Shown here in pieces: positions 19,989 to 30,751 of a stretch of 64,000 nucleotides of DNA. The DNA comes from Ferruginibacter sp. Lineage in GTDB: Bacteria > Bacteroidota > Bacteroidia > Chitinophagales > Chitinophagaceae. The notes beneath the pieces are model-generated. The model was not told the DNA's origin. It did not search any database and saw only the letters and a list, made by a program, of their open reading frames with translations. Every line of letters starts with the position of its first letter. Positions within the stretch are counted from its first letter, which is position 1. The DNA is taken from positions 756-64,755 of the forward strand of contig JBDTUK010000121.1 in NCBI GenBank assembly GCA_040007795.1, written 5' to 3'. The translations under genes were made by a program, and so were the position numbers.

Positions 19989-20705
19989 ATGAAAAAAATT
20001 GCCATGATACCGGCACGATATGCCGCCACCCGTTTTCCTGCCAAGCTCATGCAGATGCTGGGCAATAAGACTGTCATTCTTCACACTTATGATAATACAG
20101 TAGCTACAAATTTATTTGATGAAGTAATGGTAGTTACCGACAGCGAAATTATTTTTAATGAAATAACATCGCATGGGGGCAGGGCTGTTATGAGTATTGC
20201 AGCACATGAAAGCGGCAGCGACCGTATTGCAGAAGCCGTTACGAACTTAAGTGTGGATATTGTAATGAACGTACAGGGCGATGAACCCTTTGTGCAAAAA
20301 GAACCGCTTGAAAAATTATTGAAAGTATTTGAAGATTCAACTGTACAGGTGGCTTCATTAATGCAGGTATTAAATGAAGAACAGTTTATCAGTGACCCTA
20401 ACTATGTAAAAGTTGCTGTTGATAAGAATATGAACGCTTTGTTTTTCAGCCGCAGCCCGATACCTTACCATCGTGATAAAAATATTGTTCCTGTTTATTA
20501 CGAACATATTGGTGTGTATGCCTTTCGCAAACAGGCTTTATTAAATTTTACCACCTGGCCGATTACTCCATTGGAGGCAGCAGAAAAAATTGAATGTCTT
20601 AGATATCTTGAAAACGGCGTGCCGCTTAAAATGGTTATTACCCGATACATGGGAATTGAAATTGATACTCCTGAGGACCTGGAAAGGGCGGCGAAGTTAT
20701 TGTAA
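19989..20705 (+). CDS. kdsB: 3-deoxy-manno-octulosonate cytidylyltransferase
   Basis: [42 protein letters not shown]. Confidence 0.95.
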   Translation: MKKIAMIPARYAATRFPAKLMQMLGNKTVILHTYDNTVATNLFDEVMVVTDSEIIFNEITSHGGRAVMSIAAHESGSDRIAEAVTNLSVDIVMNVQGDEPFVQKEPLEKLLKVFEDSTVQVASLMQVLNEEQFISDPNYVKVAVDKNMNALFFSRSPIPYHRDKNIVPVYYEHIGVYAFRKQALLNFTTWPITPLEAAEKIECLRYLENGVPLKMVITRYMGIEIDTPEDLERAAKLL

Positions 20706-22199
20706 CTATTTTAATGTTTCCACCACATTATTTATTTTATTTCTTACGTCTTCCAGTTTTTTTGTGTCTGTTGGGGTTTTATTCGCAATCATTTCTTTGA
20801 TTATTGCCACTTCTTCTTTTCTTAATTGAATATACTCCAATACAGTGTTGGCCTTCTTATGCATATCATCACTTACATCCATCAGTTGCATTTCCTTCGC
20901 CAATGTTTCAGCCTTTTGCCATTGAGGCAATGACGTTTCGTTTAATTGTTGTTGAAGTGCTTCATCCGTAAGTGTGGTATCAGAAAGTACAGCAAGTGCT
21001 TTGTCCTGTAGTTCAATAAACTGGTTGTATCTGTTGTTGAATTTTTCTCCATCAGCATACGACGCTCCTTTTATTTCATTCAGCACGGCATTTCTTTCAC
21101 TTGCGGGCACTTCGTTTTTCTGTAAATAACCATAAGCGCCTGCTAAAGTGACCAGCAAAACCAATGGCAATATCCATTGTATTTTTTGCTCCTGTCTTTC
21201 TTTTTTTATTCCATATGCATAGATATATCCGATAATAAAGCCGCTTAGCAATCCGCCAACATGCGCCGAATTATCTACGCCCCCCTTCATTCCATAAACT
21301 AAATTATAAACCACAAATATCCCTATGCTTTGTAAAAGGGATTGTCTCACCTGCTTAGGTATCAGGTTGGTTGTAAGCAATGCCAGGAACAAACCATACA
21401 TGCCGAATATTGCACCAGATGCACCGGCGCTGTTTACCGCTTCTTTGTGCCACCAAAGACTTGCAATGCTTGCCAATATCCCGGTGCATAAATATGCTGT
21501 TGTATATTTTAGTTTTCCAAGCATCGGTTCCAAATAAACCCCCGCGGTGTACAGGCAATACATATTCATTGCTAAATGAATAATCCCAAAGTGAATGAAC
21601 ACATTTGTAATGAGTCGCCACCAGTCACCACCTAAAGTAAGTGGGCCATAATTGCTTCCCCATTTCATATGTACATACCCATTCGCTTCAAAAATGCCTG
21701 CCCCGTTTATTGCCATTAAAACAAATACAAGGGTATTAATAGCTATAATGGCATAGGTAACATATAAATTGCTCCCCGATAAATTCATGGCCTTATCAAC
21801 TTCCTCGGCGTTCTTATTTTCCTGTTCTATCGTTGTTTTGGTTGCAGCCCGCAATTGCTCTATAGCAAGTTTATTGCCTTCTATGGCATCTATGTCTGTA
21901 TTGTTTTTTGCAGCTTCAAATGCATTTATAAAAGAGGCTATGTTTTTTTTGTTCTTCCCGGTAATGTCAACCAGCTCATCTTTTATCATTTCGCTGCTGA
22001 CATTTAATTCACTGCCGTTTGATGAAACAACAACATGCTGAGGATTGCTGTTCCATTTTTTTGGGGTTTGTACTATTATATTTTCATCGCCTGCAAATAA
22101 AATTTCCCAGCCAAGGTTTTTAAACGCCTGGTAACATATTGCAAGTGTGGTCTCCCTGTTTGAGTTTGTAAGTGTAATGGTCTGTTCCTGCTTCGGCAT
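20706..22199 (-). CDS. Rhomboid family intramembrane serine protease with soluble N- and C-terminal extensions
   Basis: WWRL, HFGIIHLAMN, GASGAIFG, AHVGG motifs. Confidence 0.9.
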   Translation of the reverse strand: MPKQEQTITLTNSNRETTLAICYQAFKNLGWEILFAGDENIIVQTPKKWNSNPQHVVVSSNGSELNVSSEMIKDELVDITGKNKKNIASFINAFEAAKNNTDIDAIEGNKLAIEQLRAATKTTIEQENKNAEEVDKAMNLSGSNLYVTYAIIAINTLVFVLMAINGAGIFEANGYVHMKWGSNYGPLTLGGDWWRLITNVFIHFGIIHLAMNMYCLYTAGVYLEPMLGKLKYTTAYLCTGILASIASLWWHKEAVNSAGASGAIFGMYGLFLALLTTNLIPKQVRQSLLQSIGIFVVYNLVYGMKGGVDNSAHVGGLLSGFIIGYIYAYGIKKERQEQKIQWILPLVLLVTLAGAYGYLQKNEVPASERNAVLNEIKGASYADGEKFNNRYNQFIELQDKALAVLSDTTLTDEALQQQLNETSLPQWQKAETLAKEMQLMDVSDDMHKKANTVLEYIQLRKEEVAIIKEMIANKTPTDTKKLEDVRNKINNVVETLK

Positions 22200-22293
22200 A
22201 AGGACAATTTTATAACAAGATGGAATTTTTTTCTGAAATTCCCTTCAGTAAAGTTTATTTTTTTAATCCTGTACCTTCGCTAAAAGAAAATTT

Positions 22294-23367
22294 ATGTCGT
22301 TCAGGAATTTTAAAATGGTTGGCTATGTTATTTATGGCCGTGGTTCTTTTAATCAGTTAGATGAAATTATTGCGCCACACCGCAAGGTTGGTTCTCCAAT
22401 GGTTTTTTTAGTTGATCATTTTTTTAAGGGGAAGGATCTGGTTAGCCGAGTGCCTGCGAAAGGAAACGATAAAATCATTTTTTTTGATGTTGCTTACGAA
22501 CCCAAAACAACTTATGTTGATAGTCTTGCCAACCAATTAAAAGAAGAGTTTAAAACAATAAGTGGTGTTATTGGTATTGGCGGTGGTAGTGCAATGGACC
22601 TTGCCAAAGCTGTTTCACTGATGATGAACAATCCCGGCAGCAGCGCCGATTACCAGGGTTGGGACCTGGTTAAAAATCCCGGTGTTTATAAAGTAGGTAT
22701 TCCAACACTAAGTGGTACGGGTGCCGAGGTTAGCAGAACAACTGTACTTACCGGTCCCACAAAAAAGCTGGGTATGAATTCTGATTTTACACCTTTTGAT
22801 CAAATTGTTCTGGATCCTGAATTAACAGCAAACGCCCCGGCCAATCAAAGATTTTATACCGGTATGGATTGTTATATACATTGTATAGAAAGTTTAAATG
22901 GTACTTATTTAAATGAGTTCAGTAAAAGTTATGGTGAAAAAGCATTGCAGCTGTGCAGAGATGTATATGTAAATAAAGATAACTGGGATGCAAATAGTGA
23001 CGATAAACTAATGATGGCTTCTTATGCAGGCGGTATGAGTATTGCCTATAGCCAGGTGGGTGTGGCACATGCGGTGAGTTATGGTTTAAGTTATTTGCTG
23101 GGCACCAAGCATGGCATTGGTAATTGTATTGTGTTCGATAAGCTGGAAGATTATTATCCCGAAGGTGTGAAAGAATTTAAATACATGGTTGAAAAAAACA
23201 AAATTGATATTCCTAAAAATATTTGCGCCGGTTTAAGCGATGAAGACTTTGATAAGATGATCAATGTATCGCTTGGCATGAAACCGCTTTGGGAAAATGC
23301 ATTGGGAAAAAACTGGGAGAAAATAATGACTAAAGAGAAACTCAGAAATTTATATGAAAGATTATAA
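22294..23367 (+). CDS. kdnB: Iron-containing alcohol dehydrogenase family protein, KdnB-like (Kdo 8-oxidase)
   Basis: GIGGGSAMD, PTLSGTGAE, DCYIHCIE, HAVSYG, HGIGN; N-terminus MSFRNFKMV...GRGSF recalls KdnB; near kdsB/kdsD. Confidence 0.7.
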   Translation: MSFRNFKMVGYVIYGRGSFNQLDEIIAPHRKVGSPMVFLVDHFFKGKDLVSRVPAKGNDKIIFFDVAYEPKTTYVDSLANQLKEEFKTISGVIGIGGGSAMDLAKAVSLMMNNPGSSADYQGWDLVKNPGVYKVGIPTLSGTGAEVSRTTVLTGPTKKLGMNSDFTPFDQIVLDPELTANAPANQRFYTGMDCYIHCIESLNGTYLNEFSKSYGEKALQLCRDVYVNKDNWDANSDDKLMMASYAGGMSIAYSQVGVAHAVSYGLSYLLGTKHGIGNCIVFDKLEDYYPEGVKEFKYMVEKNKIDIPKNICAGLSDEDFDKMINVSLGMKPLWENALGKNWEKIMTKEKLRNLYERL

Positions 23368-23395
23368 CAGATTAATTCGTTCTTAAAATTATTGT

Positions 23396-23848
23396 TTGAT
23401 GAAAAGTTTATTTGATAAAGATTGTTACGAAGAAGTTACCCGGCGCATAAATGGATTAACCCCATCTTCGCAAAGGCAATGGGGCAAAATGGATGTGGCT
23501 AAGATGCTGGCGCATTGCAAAGCAGCTTTTACCGTACCGTTGAGCGATAAAAAAATGCCAAGAAGTATTTTAGGTTTATTGGTAGGCTGGGCTGTAAAAG
23601 CAAAACTGTATAACGATGATCCCTGGAAAAAAAATTTACCTACAGCGCCACAGTTTATAATAAAGGATGAAAGAAATTTTGATAAGGAGAAACAGGAACT
23701 AATGGGTATGATCAATCAATTTTACAGTGCAGGCCCGGGTAATGTGGGCAAATTTCCACATCCCATGTTTGGTACGTTCACGCCGCTACAATGGGGGCAG
23801 GCTATGTACAAGCACCTTGATCATCATTTGATGCAGTTTGGGGTTTAG
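23396..23848 (+). CDS. DUF1569/DinB-like protein
   Basis: WGKMDVAKMLAHC, HPMFG, KHLDHHLMQFGV. Confidence 0.85.
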   Translation: MMKSLFDKDCYEEVTRRINGLTPSSQRQWGKMDVAKMLAHCKAAFTVPLSDKKMPRSILGLLVGWAVKAKLYNDDPWKKNLPTAPQFIIKDERNFDKEKQELMGMINQFYSAGPGNVGKFPHPMFGTFTPLQWGQAMYKHLDHHLMQFGV

Positions 23849-23855
23849 AGAGTTT

Positions 23856-24440
23856 TTACCTGACTACCACATTAAGCTTGCTGAAAATATTGTGTATACT
23901 CGATGTTATCTCTTCCGGTGTAATGCGGCTGTAATTTAAATCATCCGTTGTCCATCCCTGCCATACTGCTTTATCCGTATTTGCATCGGTTAATGTAATG
24001 GTAATAGTACCCTCTGTAAGTGGCACTTCATAATTGTTATATCCTAAAAATTGCGAAGGGTAATTAATATTGCTCCATCTTTTTAACCGGGGATTGTAAT
24101 AAGAACGGCTATAAGATTGTGTGTATACCGGATCTGACCTGCGTACCGTTGTATTCTGCACAAGCACATCATAGCTTATGAGGATGTCGGGGTCATTTGA
24201 TACTTCTGACCATCCTGCATTTTTTAACTCTGCATTCGCTGCGTTTCTAACACTGATGTCTGCATAAGATGTTGGCCTGGTTGTATTGTCGTTTTGATTG
24301 TAGCGTGTATCTACCCACATATATGTTTTGTATTTGTTTAGATCTACAGAATCGTCTTTTGCCACATGAACTGGTGCAGAACACGCTGCCATAGTAAATA
24401 CAACCATTAAAGCAGTACATATATAATTGACTGTTTTCAT
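23856..24440 (-). CDS. DUF4136-like lipoprotein
   Basis: Lipobox MAAC; YKTYMW, EGTITI...VWQG. Confidence 0.8.
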   Translation of the reverse strand: MKTVNYICTALMVVFTMAACSAPVHVAKDDSVDLNKYKTYMWVDTRYNQNDNTTRPTSYADISVRNAANAELKNAGWSEVSNDPDILISYDVLVQNTTVRRSDPVYTQSYSRSYYNPRLKRWSNINYPSQFLGYNNYEVPLTEGTITITLTDANTDKAVWQGWTTDDLNYSRITPEEITSSIHNIFSKLNVVVR

Positions 24441-24609
24441 AATCTTATTATTTTTAAAATAGATTCAAAAAACGGTCCATATTAAAAAAGTACGGCAGTA
24501 AATAAGATAATGTAGGAATTATGTAACCCATTTTGTGGGTAGTGTTTTACACGAATTGTTCTTTTACAAGGGCTGTAATGCTGTAGCCTGAAGATTTTTT
24601 TTTGCAGCG

Positions 24610-25758
24610 TTAAATTTTCATCAGCCTGTTTGCCGCTTCTTCCAGCGTTGCTTCTTTTTTTGAAAAACAAAACCGCAATACTTTATTATCCTCTCCATGT
24701 TTATAAAAAACTGAAGTAGGTATGCTGGCCACACCATATTCTTTTGTTACCCGTATAGCAAAATCCTTTTCGCTTTCATCGCTGATACCGGCGTAACTGT
24801 ATAGTTGAAAATAACTGCCATGGGATGGCAATGGTTTAAATTTTGTTTGCAGCATCAGCTCTTTAAAATAGTCTCTTTTCTTTTGCAGGATACTGCCGAG
24901 TTGTAAATAATTTTCTTTTTGCTTTAAAAATTCAGTGAGCGCATACTGTACAGGAGTGCTGCAGCTAAAAGCATTGAACTGGTGTACTTTCCGGAATTCT
25001 TTCATCAAAGCAGGCGGTGCTACACAATAACCCATTTTCCAGCCGGTGCAATCGTACACTTTTCCAAATGAAAAGCAAACAAAACTTCTTTCATACAGAT
25101 CCGGATACCGCAACATGCTTTCATGTTTCATGCCGTCGAATATCAAATGCTCATACACTTCATCGCTTAAAATAAAAATGCCTGTATCTTTTACAATTGT
25201 TTGCAGTTGCTTAATATCATCGGCGCTTAACACGGCCCCTGTTGGGTTGTGTGGTGTGTTAAGCATGATCACTTTTGTTTTGGACGAAATTTTTTGCTTC
25301 ACCAGCTCCCAATCAATTTTATAATCGGGATAAACCAGTGGAATTAAAACCGGAACGCCTCCGTTGATTTCTATATTAGGGATATAACTATCGTACGCCG
25401 GTTCAAAAACTATTACTTCATCGCCGGGTTGCAGTATGGAAGTTAATGCTGTATAAATAGCATAGGTTCCGCCTGGTGTAATGGTAATTTCTGTTTCGGG
25501 ATTAATAGTTGCAGCATAAAGGCCTGCAATTTTTTCCGCTATTCTTTCTCTCAATGCCGGAAGGCCGCACATGTGTGTGTATTGGTTATATCCGTCCTTC
25601 ATCGCTTTGTTCACCAATGCTACCAGCGCTTCATTCATCGGGTAATCAGGAAAACCCTGGCCAAGGTTGATGGCCTTGTGTTCGGCTGCCAGCACACTCA
25701 TTACCGTAAAGATGGTGGTGCCTACATCAGGTAGTTTGCTTTTAATGGCAGGTATCAA
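24610..25758 (-). CDS. ybdL: PLP-dependent methionine aminotransferase (YbdL-like, class I/II)
   Basis: SKLPDVGTTIFTVMS, INLGQGFPD, NTPHNPTG, SDEVYEH, SFGK...TGWKMGY. Confidence 0.85.
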   Translation of the reverse strand: MIPAIKSKLPDVGTTIFTVMSVLAAEHKAINLGQGFPDYPMNEALVALVNKAMKDGYNQYTHMCGLPALRERIAEKIAGLYAATINPETEITITPGGTYAIYTALTSILQPGDEVIVFEPAYDSYIPNIEINGGVPVLIPLVYPDYKIDWELVKQKISSKTKVIMLNTPHNPTGAVLSADDIKQLQTIVKDTGIFILSDEVYEHLIFDGMKHESMLRYPDLYERSFVCFSFGKVYDCTGWKMGYCVAPPALMKEFRKVHQFNAFSCSTPVQYALTEFLKQKENYLQLGSILQKKRDYFKELMLQTKFKPLPSHGSYFQLYSYAGISDESEKDFAIRVTKEYGVASIPTSVFYKHGEDNKVLRFCFSKKEATLEEAANRLMKI

Positions 25759-25781
25759 CAGAAGATTTATTTATGATGGGG

Positions 25782-26864
25782 TTATATATATTTATCGCCT
25801 TTGTTTCTTTTGATCTCGGCAACATATTCTTTTATTTCCTGTTCTTTCTCTTTTTTGCAGATGAGCAAAACGTCTTTGGTATCTACAACAACATATTCAT
25901 CCAGCCCCTGTAAAACAACCAGTTTTTTATTATCGGCATGAACCATATTGCCGGTAGCATCAATGATCATTACATTATTGCCTGCAACCGCATTGCCGAG
26001 ATAATCCTTTTCAAGGTTATCGTAAGTGCTGGCCCATGTACCTAGGTCGCTCCAGCCAAAAGAGGAAGGAATGATATATACATTGTCTGCTTTTTCCATT
26101 ACACCATAATCAATAGATATGTTTACACATTGCGGATAAATCCGCTCAATGGCTTCTTTTTCGTGTTTTGTATTGAAGTTGTTCTTTTCTGCTTCAAACA
26201 CTTCGGTTACTTCGGGCAGATATTTTTCAAATGCTTTAATTATATTTTTTACCTGCCACACAAAAATACCTGCATTCCATAAAAAATCGCCGCTGGCAAT
26301 AAATGTTTTCGCCAGTTCCAGGTCTGGTTTTTCAGTAAACGTTTTTACTTTATATACATTTTCACTAACTGCATGTTCATCGTATTGTATATAACCATAT
26401 CCTGTGTTTGGGTATGTAGGTTTTATTCCCAGCGTTATTAATGCTTTTATATGAGCCGTAAATTGTAAAGCATCTGTGCATACTTTTTTAAATCCTTCTT
26501 CATCAGAAATTAAATGATCAGAAGGTGCACAGATCAAATTGGCATTCGGGTTTAGTTGCAACAGTTTATAAGAAATATAAGCAACGCATGGTGCTGTGTT
26601 TTTGCGGGAAGGTTCACATAAGATATTTTCCTGGGGTAGCTCCGGCAGCTGTTTGGCAACAATATCTTTGTATTGCTCAAAGGTTACCACATAAATATTT
26701 TCAGCAGGAATAAATTTTGCAAACCGGTCGTAGGTTGCCTGTATAAGTGTTCGGCCAGTATTCAATATATCCAGGAACTGTTTTGGAAAATCGGTACGGC
26801 TGATTGGCCAAAACCTGCTGCCAATACCGCCGGCCATTATGGCTACGTAATTATTTTTACTCAT
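25782..26864 (-). CDS. manC: Mannose-1-phosphate guanylyltransferase
   Basis: MAGGIGSRFWP.SR..PKQF, RKNTAP, PSDH, TGYGYI, FTEKP, WSDLG. Confidence 0.93.
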   Translation of the reverse strand: MSKNNYVAIMAGGIGSRFWPISRTDFPKQFLDILNTGRTLIQATYDRFAKFIPAENIYVVTFEQYKDIVAKQLPELPQENILCEPSRKNTAPCVAYISYKLLQLNPNANLICAPSDHLISDEEGFKKVCTDALQFTAHIKALITLGIKPTYPNTGYGYIQYDEHAVSENVYKVKTFTEKPDLELAKTFIASGDFLWNAGIFVWQVKNIIKAFEKYLPEVTEVFEAEKNNFNTKHEKEAIERIYPQCVNISIDYGVMEKADNVYIIPSSFGWSDLGTWASTYDNLEKDYLGNAVAGNNVMIIDATGNMVHADNKKLVVLQGLDEYVVVDTKDVLLICKKEKEQEIKEYVAEIKRNKGDKYI

Positions 26865-26870
26865 GGTTAG

Positions 26871-27836
26871 TTATATGATGCCTTCTTTTATTAAATCGTG
26901 TAAATGAATAATCCCTGCGTATTTCCCGTTTTCTTCCACCACAAGCTGGCTTATATTATGTTTCCGCATTTCATCCAGCGCATTTACTGCTAATACATCC
27001 GATGCAATTGTTTTTGGATGGCTGCTCATAATATCTTTTGCTCTTAGCTTTTCAAATGTCTCTGTTTTCTCTAACATTCTTCTCAAATCTCCGTCGGTAA
27101 TAATCCCTAAAATATTTTCTGTTTCATTAACCACCACCGCAGCTCCCAATCTTTTATGTGTCATTTCTACAATCACTTCTTTTATTGTTGCACCAGGCAA
27201 TACTTTTGGTCTTGCATTTTGTGCAGACAATTCTTCTACCCGTAAATATAATTTTTTCCCAAGGGTTCCGCCGGGATGAAATTTTGCAAAATCATTGGTA
27301 TCAAATCCTTTTAATTCCATTAAGCAAACCGCCAGGGCGTCTCCCATTACCATTTGAGCTGTAGTGCTGCTGGTAGGTGCCAGGTTATTGGGGCAGGCCT
27401 CCTGCTCAACCGTGGTATTTAAAACAATATCGCTATGCTGTGCTAAAAAAGATTGCATATTGCCAACCATACCGATCAATGTATTTCCAAAGTTTTTCAC
27501 CAATGGCGCTAATACTTTTATTTCGGGGCTATCGCCGCTTTTGCTGATCACCAATACCATGTCATCCGGCTGTATCATACCCAGGTCGCCATGTATGGCA
27601 TCGGCAGCATGCATAAATATTGAGGGGGTTCCCGTACTGTTTAATGTAGCAACTATCTTTTGAGCAATCACGGCACTTTTACCGATACCGCTTACTATCA
27701 ATCTTCCTTTTGCAACAGCAACCTGTTCCACTGTTTTTACAAAATCTGCATCAATAAAAGCCTTTAAGCCACTTACTGAACGGGCTTCCAGCTCAATTGT
27801 GCGAAGTGCAACAGCTATGATATTTTCGTTATTCAT
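26871..27836 (-). CDS. kdsD: Arabinose-5-phosphate isomerase (KpsF/GutQ, SIS plus CBS)
   Basis: GIGKS, STGTP, HGDLG, APTSST, HPGGTLG, GIITDGDLRR, IHLHDL. Confidence 0.92.
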   Translation of the reverse strand: MNNENIIAVALRTIELEARSVSGLKAFIDADFVKTVEQVAVAKGRLIVSGIGKSAVIAQKIVATLNSTGTPSIFMHAADAIHGDLGMIQPDDMVLVISKSGDSPEIKVLAPLVKNFGNTLIGMVGNMQSFLAQHSDIVLNTTVEQEACPNNLAPTSSTTAQMVMGDALAVCLMELKGFDTNDFAKFHPGGTLGKKLYLRVEELSAQNARPKVLPGATIKEVIVEMTHKRLGAAVVVNETENILGIITDGDLRRMLEKTETFEKLRAKDIMSSHPKTIASDVLAVNALDEMRKHNISQLVVEENGKYAGIIHLHDLIKEGII

Positions 27837-28119
27837 TAAGAATGGCGCAAACCTACTTTAAATCAGCCATAATGCAAAGAACGGCATTTGCGGTAATCCG
27901 GCTGTTGCTTTTTGTCAAATTATTTTAAGGATTGATTTTTTGCAGGTTGGCTTTTTTGCATTAACTTAAGTGATTGAAAAAATTAGTTAAATAACCGTGT
28001 TTATCCCGATTGGGTTTGATTTTGCGGCAGCATTGAGTTAACTTCGCTACCCCTTAAAAAAACCTGTTGAAAAAGATAGATATAGATTCAAGATCAAACC
28101 ACAGTGAGAAGGAAAAATT

Positions 28120-30411
28120 ATGGCAACAGCTAAAACAAAAATAAAATCCAATAAAAAAGAACCGGCTCTTAAGGCCCTTTCGCAATCTGCAAAAAAAGTA
28201 ACGGCTAAAAAAGATCAGACAGATCTGTCTGCCCAGCTACATCACCAATTTGGCTTTGATGGCTTTAAAGGGCCACAGGAAGAAATTATACAAAGCCTGC
28301 TGGCTGGCAATGATACTTTTGTCATCATGCCAACCGGCGGAGGTAAAAGTTTATGTTATCAATTGCCGGCCATCATCAGTGAAGGTGTAGCTATTATTGT
28401 TTCTCCTTTAATTGCTTTGATGAAAAACCAGGTTGACCTGGTACGAAGCTACAGTAGCAAAGATGACGTAGCCCATTTTTTAAACAGCACTTTAAATAAA
28501 GGCCAACAAAAAATTGTAAAGGACGATCTGACTACCGGTAAAACAAAAATGCTCTATGTAGCACCGGAAACAATGACGAAGGAGGAGAACATTGCTTTTT
28601 TTAAAGATCTTAAAATCTCTTTTTTCGCAGTTGACGAAGCGCATTGTATTTCGGAGTGGGGACATGATTTCAGACCCGAGTACAGAAGGTTAAGAGAGAT
28701 GATGGACCTGATTGATGAAACGATTCCTGTAATTGCACTAACTGCAACAGCCACGCCAAAAGTGCAAAGTGATATTGTAAAAAATCTTGGCCTACGCAAA
28801 CCAAAAATATTTATCTCTTCCTTTAACAGGCCTAATTTATATTACGAGATCCAGCCAAAAATAAACCTGGAACAAACCAATAAAAGTATTGTTCGTTTTA
28901 TTCAGCAACACAAAAATAAAAGCGGTATCATTTATACCCTTAACCGTAAGACAACTGAAGAGCTTGCGAAAATGCTAATGGCAAATGGTATAAAAGCAGT
29001 TGCTTATCATGCCGGACTTGACAGTAAATTAAGGTCTGACAGGCAGGACCAGTTTTTAAATGAAGATGTGGATGTAATTGTTGCTACCATTGCATTTGGA
29101 ATGGGTATTGACAAACCAGATATTCGTTTTGTTATTCATTATAATATTCCAAAATCAATAGAAAATTATTACCAGGAAACGGGCCGGGGTGGAAGAGATG
29201 GCATGGAAGGGAAATGTATTTTGTATTACTCCCATAAAGATGTGGCCAAGCTGGAACATTTAATGAGAGACAAACCGCTTAGTGAAAGAGAAGTTGGCGC
29301 ACAGTTAATAAATGAAACTGTTGCGTATGCCGAAAGCAGTGTGTGCCGCAGAAAAATTCTTTTACATTATTTTGGTGAGCACTACGATGATAAAAAGAGT
29401 TGTGGGCATTGTGATAACTGTTTGCAGCCTAAAGAAAAAGTTGAAGCAAAAGACAGCGCCGTAATCGTTTTAAAAATTATTAAGGCGCTTGGTGAGCAAT
29501 TCCCGGTTGAATACACTTTACTTATTCTTGCAGGCAAAGCAACACCCCAGGTAAAAATGTACCGGCATGAAGAATTGGATGTGTTTGCAAGTGGTAACGA
29601 TAAAGAAAATCATTTTTGGAACAGCCTGATCCGCCAGATGTTGCTGGCCGGGTTAATTGAAAAAGACATCGTGGAGTATGGTCTTTTAAAAATTACAAAA
29701 GCCGGGGCAGCATTTTTAAAAAAGCCAGCTTCTTTTAAAATTGTATTGAACAATTTATTTGAAGAGGCTAATGCAGACGATGAAGAAAGCGAACAGGCGG
29801 TTGCAGAATCTGCAGCAGCTGATGAACAACTAATGGCATTGCTCAAAGACCTTCGCAAAAAAGTGGCTAAAGAAAAGAACCTGCCGCCTTTTGTTATCTT
29901 TTTAGAAAACAGCCTGGAAGATATGGCTACCATGTTCCCAACCTCTATGGCTGAACTGGAAAAAATAAGTGGAGTAAGTAAAGGAAAAGCGATACGGTAT
30001 GGCAAACCTTTTATTGATGTGATTGCTAAATATGTGGAAGAAAATGATATTGTACGTCCTGATGATTTTGTAATGAAGAGTGTAGCAAACAGGAATAACA
30101 ATAAAATTTTTATCATTCAGAATGTAGATAAAAAAATACCGCTGGAAACTGTTGCTAAAACCAGGGATCTGCGTATTGATGAGTTATTGGAAGAAATGGA
30201 AACTATTGTGGCAAGTGGTACAAAACTAAACCTGGATTATGCCATAGATGAAATGGTAGATGAATATGAGCAGGATGAGATAATGGACTATTTCAAAAGT
30301 TGTGAGACCTCCTCTTTACAGGTGGCCCAGGAAGAACTGGCTGATAGTAATTTTAACTGGGAGCAGTTAAAACTTATGCGGATCAAGTTCTTGTGTGAGT
30401 ATGGGAATTAG
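28120..30411 (+). CDS. recQ: DNA helicase RecQ
   Basis: MPTGGGKSLCYQ, VDEAHCISEWGHDFRPEY, QETGRGGRDG, RQC Zn-binding Cys, HRDC. Confidence 0.96.
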   Translation: MATAKTKIKSNKKEPALKALSQSAKKVTAKKDQTDLSAQLHHQFGFDGFKGPQEEIIQSLLAGNDTFVIMPTGGGKSLCYQLPAIISEGVAIIVSPLIALMKNQVDLVRSYSSKDDVAHFLNSTLNKGQQKIVKDDLTTGKTKMLYVAPETMTKEENIAFFKDLKISFFAVDEAHCISEWGHDFRPEYRRLREMMDLIDETIPVIALTATATPKVQSDIVKNLGLRKPKIFISSFNRPNLYYEIQPKINLEQTNKSIVRFIQQHKNKSGIIYTLNRKTTEELAKMLMANGIKAVAYHAGLDSKLRSDRQDQFLNEDVDVIVATIAFGMGIDKPDIRFVIHYNIPKSIENYYQETGRGGRDGMEGKCILYYSHKDVAKLEHLMRDKPLSEREVGAQLINETVAYAESSVCRRKILLHYFGEHYDDKKSCGHCDNCLQPKEKVEAKDSAVIVLKIIKALGEQFPVEYTLLILAGKATPQVKMYRHEELDVFASGNDKENHFWNSLIRQMLLAGLIEKDIVEYGLLKITKAGAAFLKKPASFKIVLNNLFEEANADDEESEQAVAESAAADEQLMALLKDLRKKVAKEKNLPPFVIFLENSLEDMATMFPTSMAELEKISGVSKGKAIRYGKPFIDVIAKYVEENDIVRPDDFVMKSVANRNNNKIFIIQNVDKKIPLETVAKTRDLRIDELLEEMETIVASGTKLNLDYAIDEMVDEYEQDEIMDYFKSCETSSLQVAQEELADSNFNWEQLKLMRIKFLCEYGN

Positions 30412-30454
30412 TGTAATATTTTAGATCGAATATTTAATATTTGGCAGAAACCCT

Positions 30455-30462
30455 TATTTTTG
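30455..30462 (+). promoter_or_regulatory. Bacteroidota -7 promoter element for tRNA-Phe
   Basis: TATTTTTG about 60 nt upstream of the tRNA. Confidence 0.5.
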
Positions 30463-30522
30463 CTGCCCAAATTGAACTGGTAATAAATATTAAATAATAC
30501 CTATTCAATATTAAATAAAAAT

Positions 30523-30595
30523 GGTGCGGTAGCTCAGTTGGTAGAGCAAAGGACTGAAAATCCTTGTGTCGGCGGTTCAATCCCGCCCCACACCA
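30523..30595 (+). tRNA. tRNA-Phe (GAA)
   Basis: Cloverleaf: GCTC/GAGC D arm, AAGGA-CTGAAAA-TCCTT anticodon arm, GGCGG-TTCAATC-CCGCC T arm; 73 nt; CCA not encoded. Confidence 0.95.
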
Positions 30596-30596
30596 C

Positions 30597-30633
30597 AAAA
30601 GGCAAATTGATGTTACTTCAGTTTGCCTTTTTT
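30597..30633 (+). terminator. Intrinsic terminator after tRNA-Phe
   Basis: AAAAGGCAAATTGA...TCAGTTTGCCTTTTTT. Confidence 0.8.
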
Positions 30634-30751
30634 ATTTATCCTCAATTTGCCTGCCAGTCTTTGCCTGTACTCTTAACAATAATTTACATGCTGCCTTTAT
30701 TTCTTTAGGTTTCAATTATCATCATAGTATTGAGCGCTAAATAGCTCAGAT

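Noticed and set aside
24610-25758. Aminotransferase as the missing KdnA partner of KdnB
   Set aside because: Motifs are those of YbdL-type class I/II enzymes, not the DegT/DnrJ-type sugar aminotransferase expected for KdnA.
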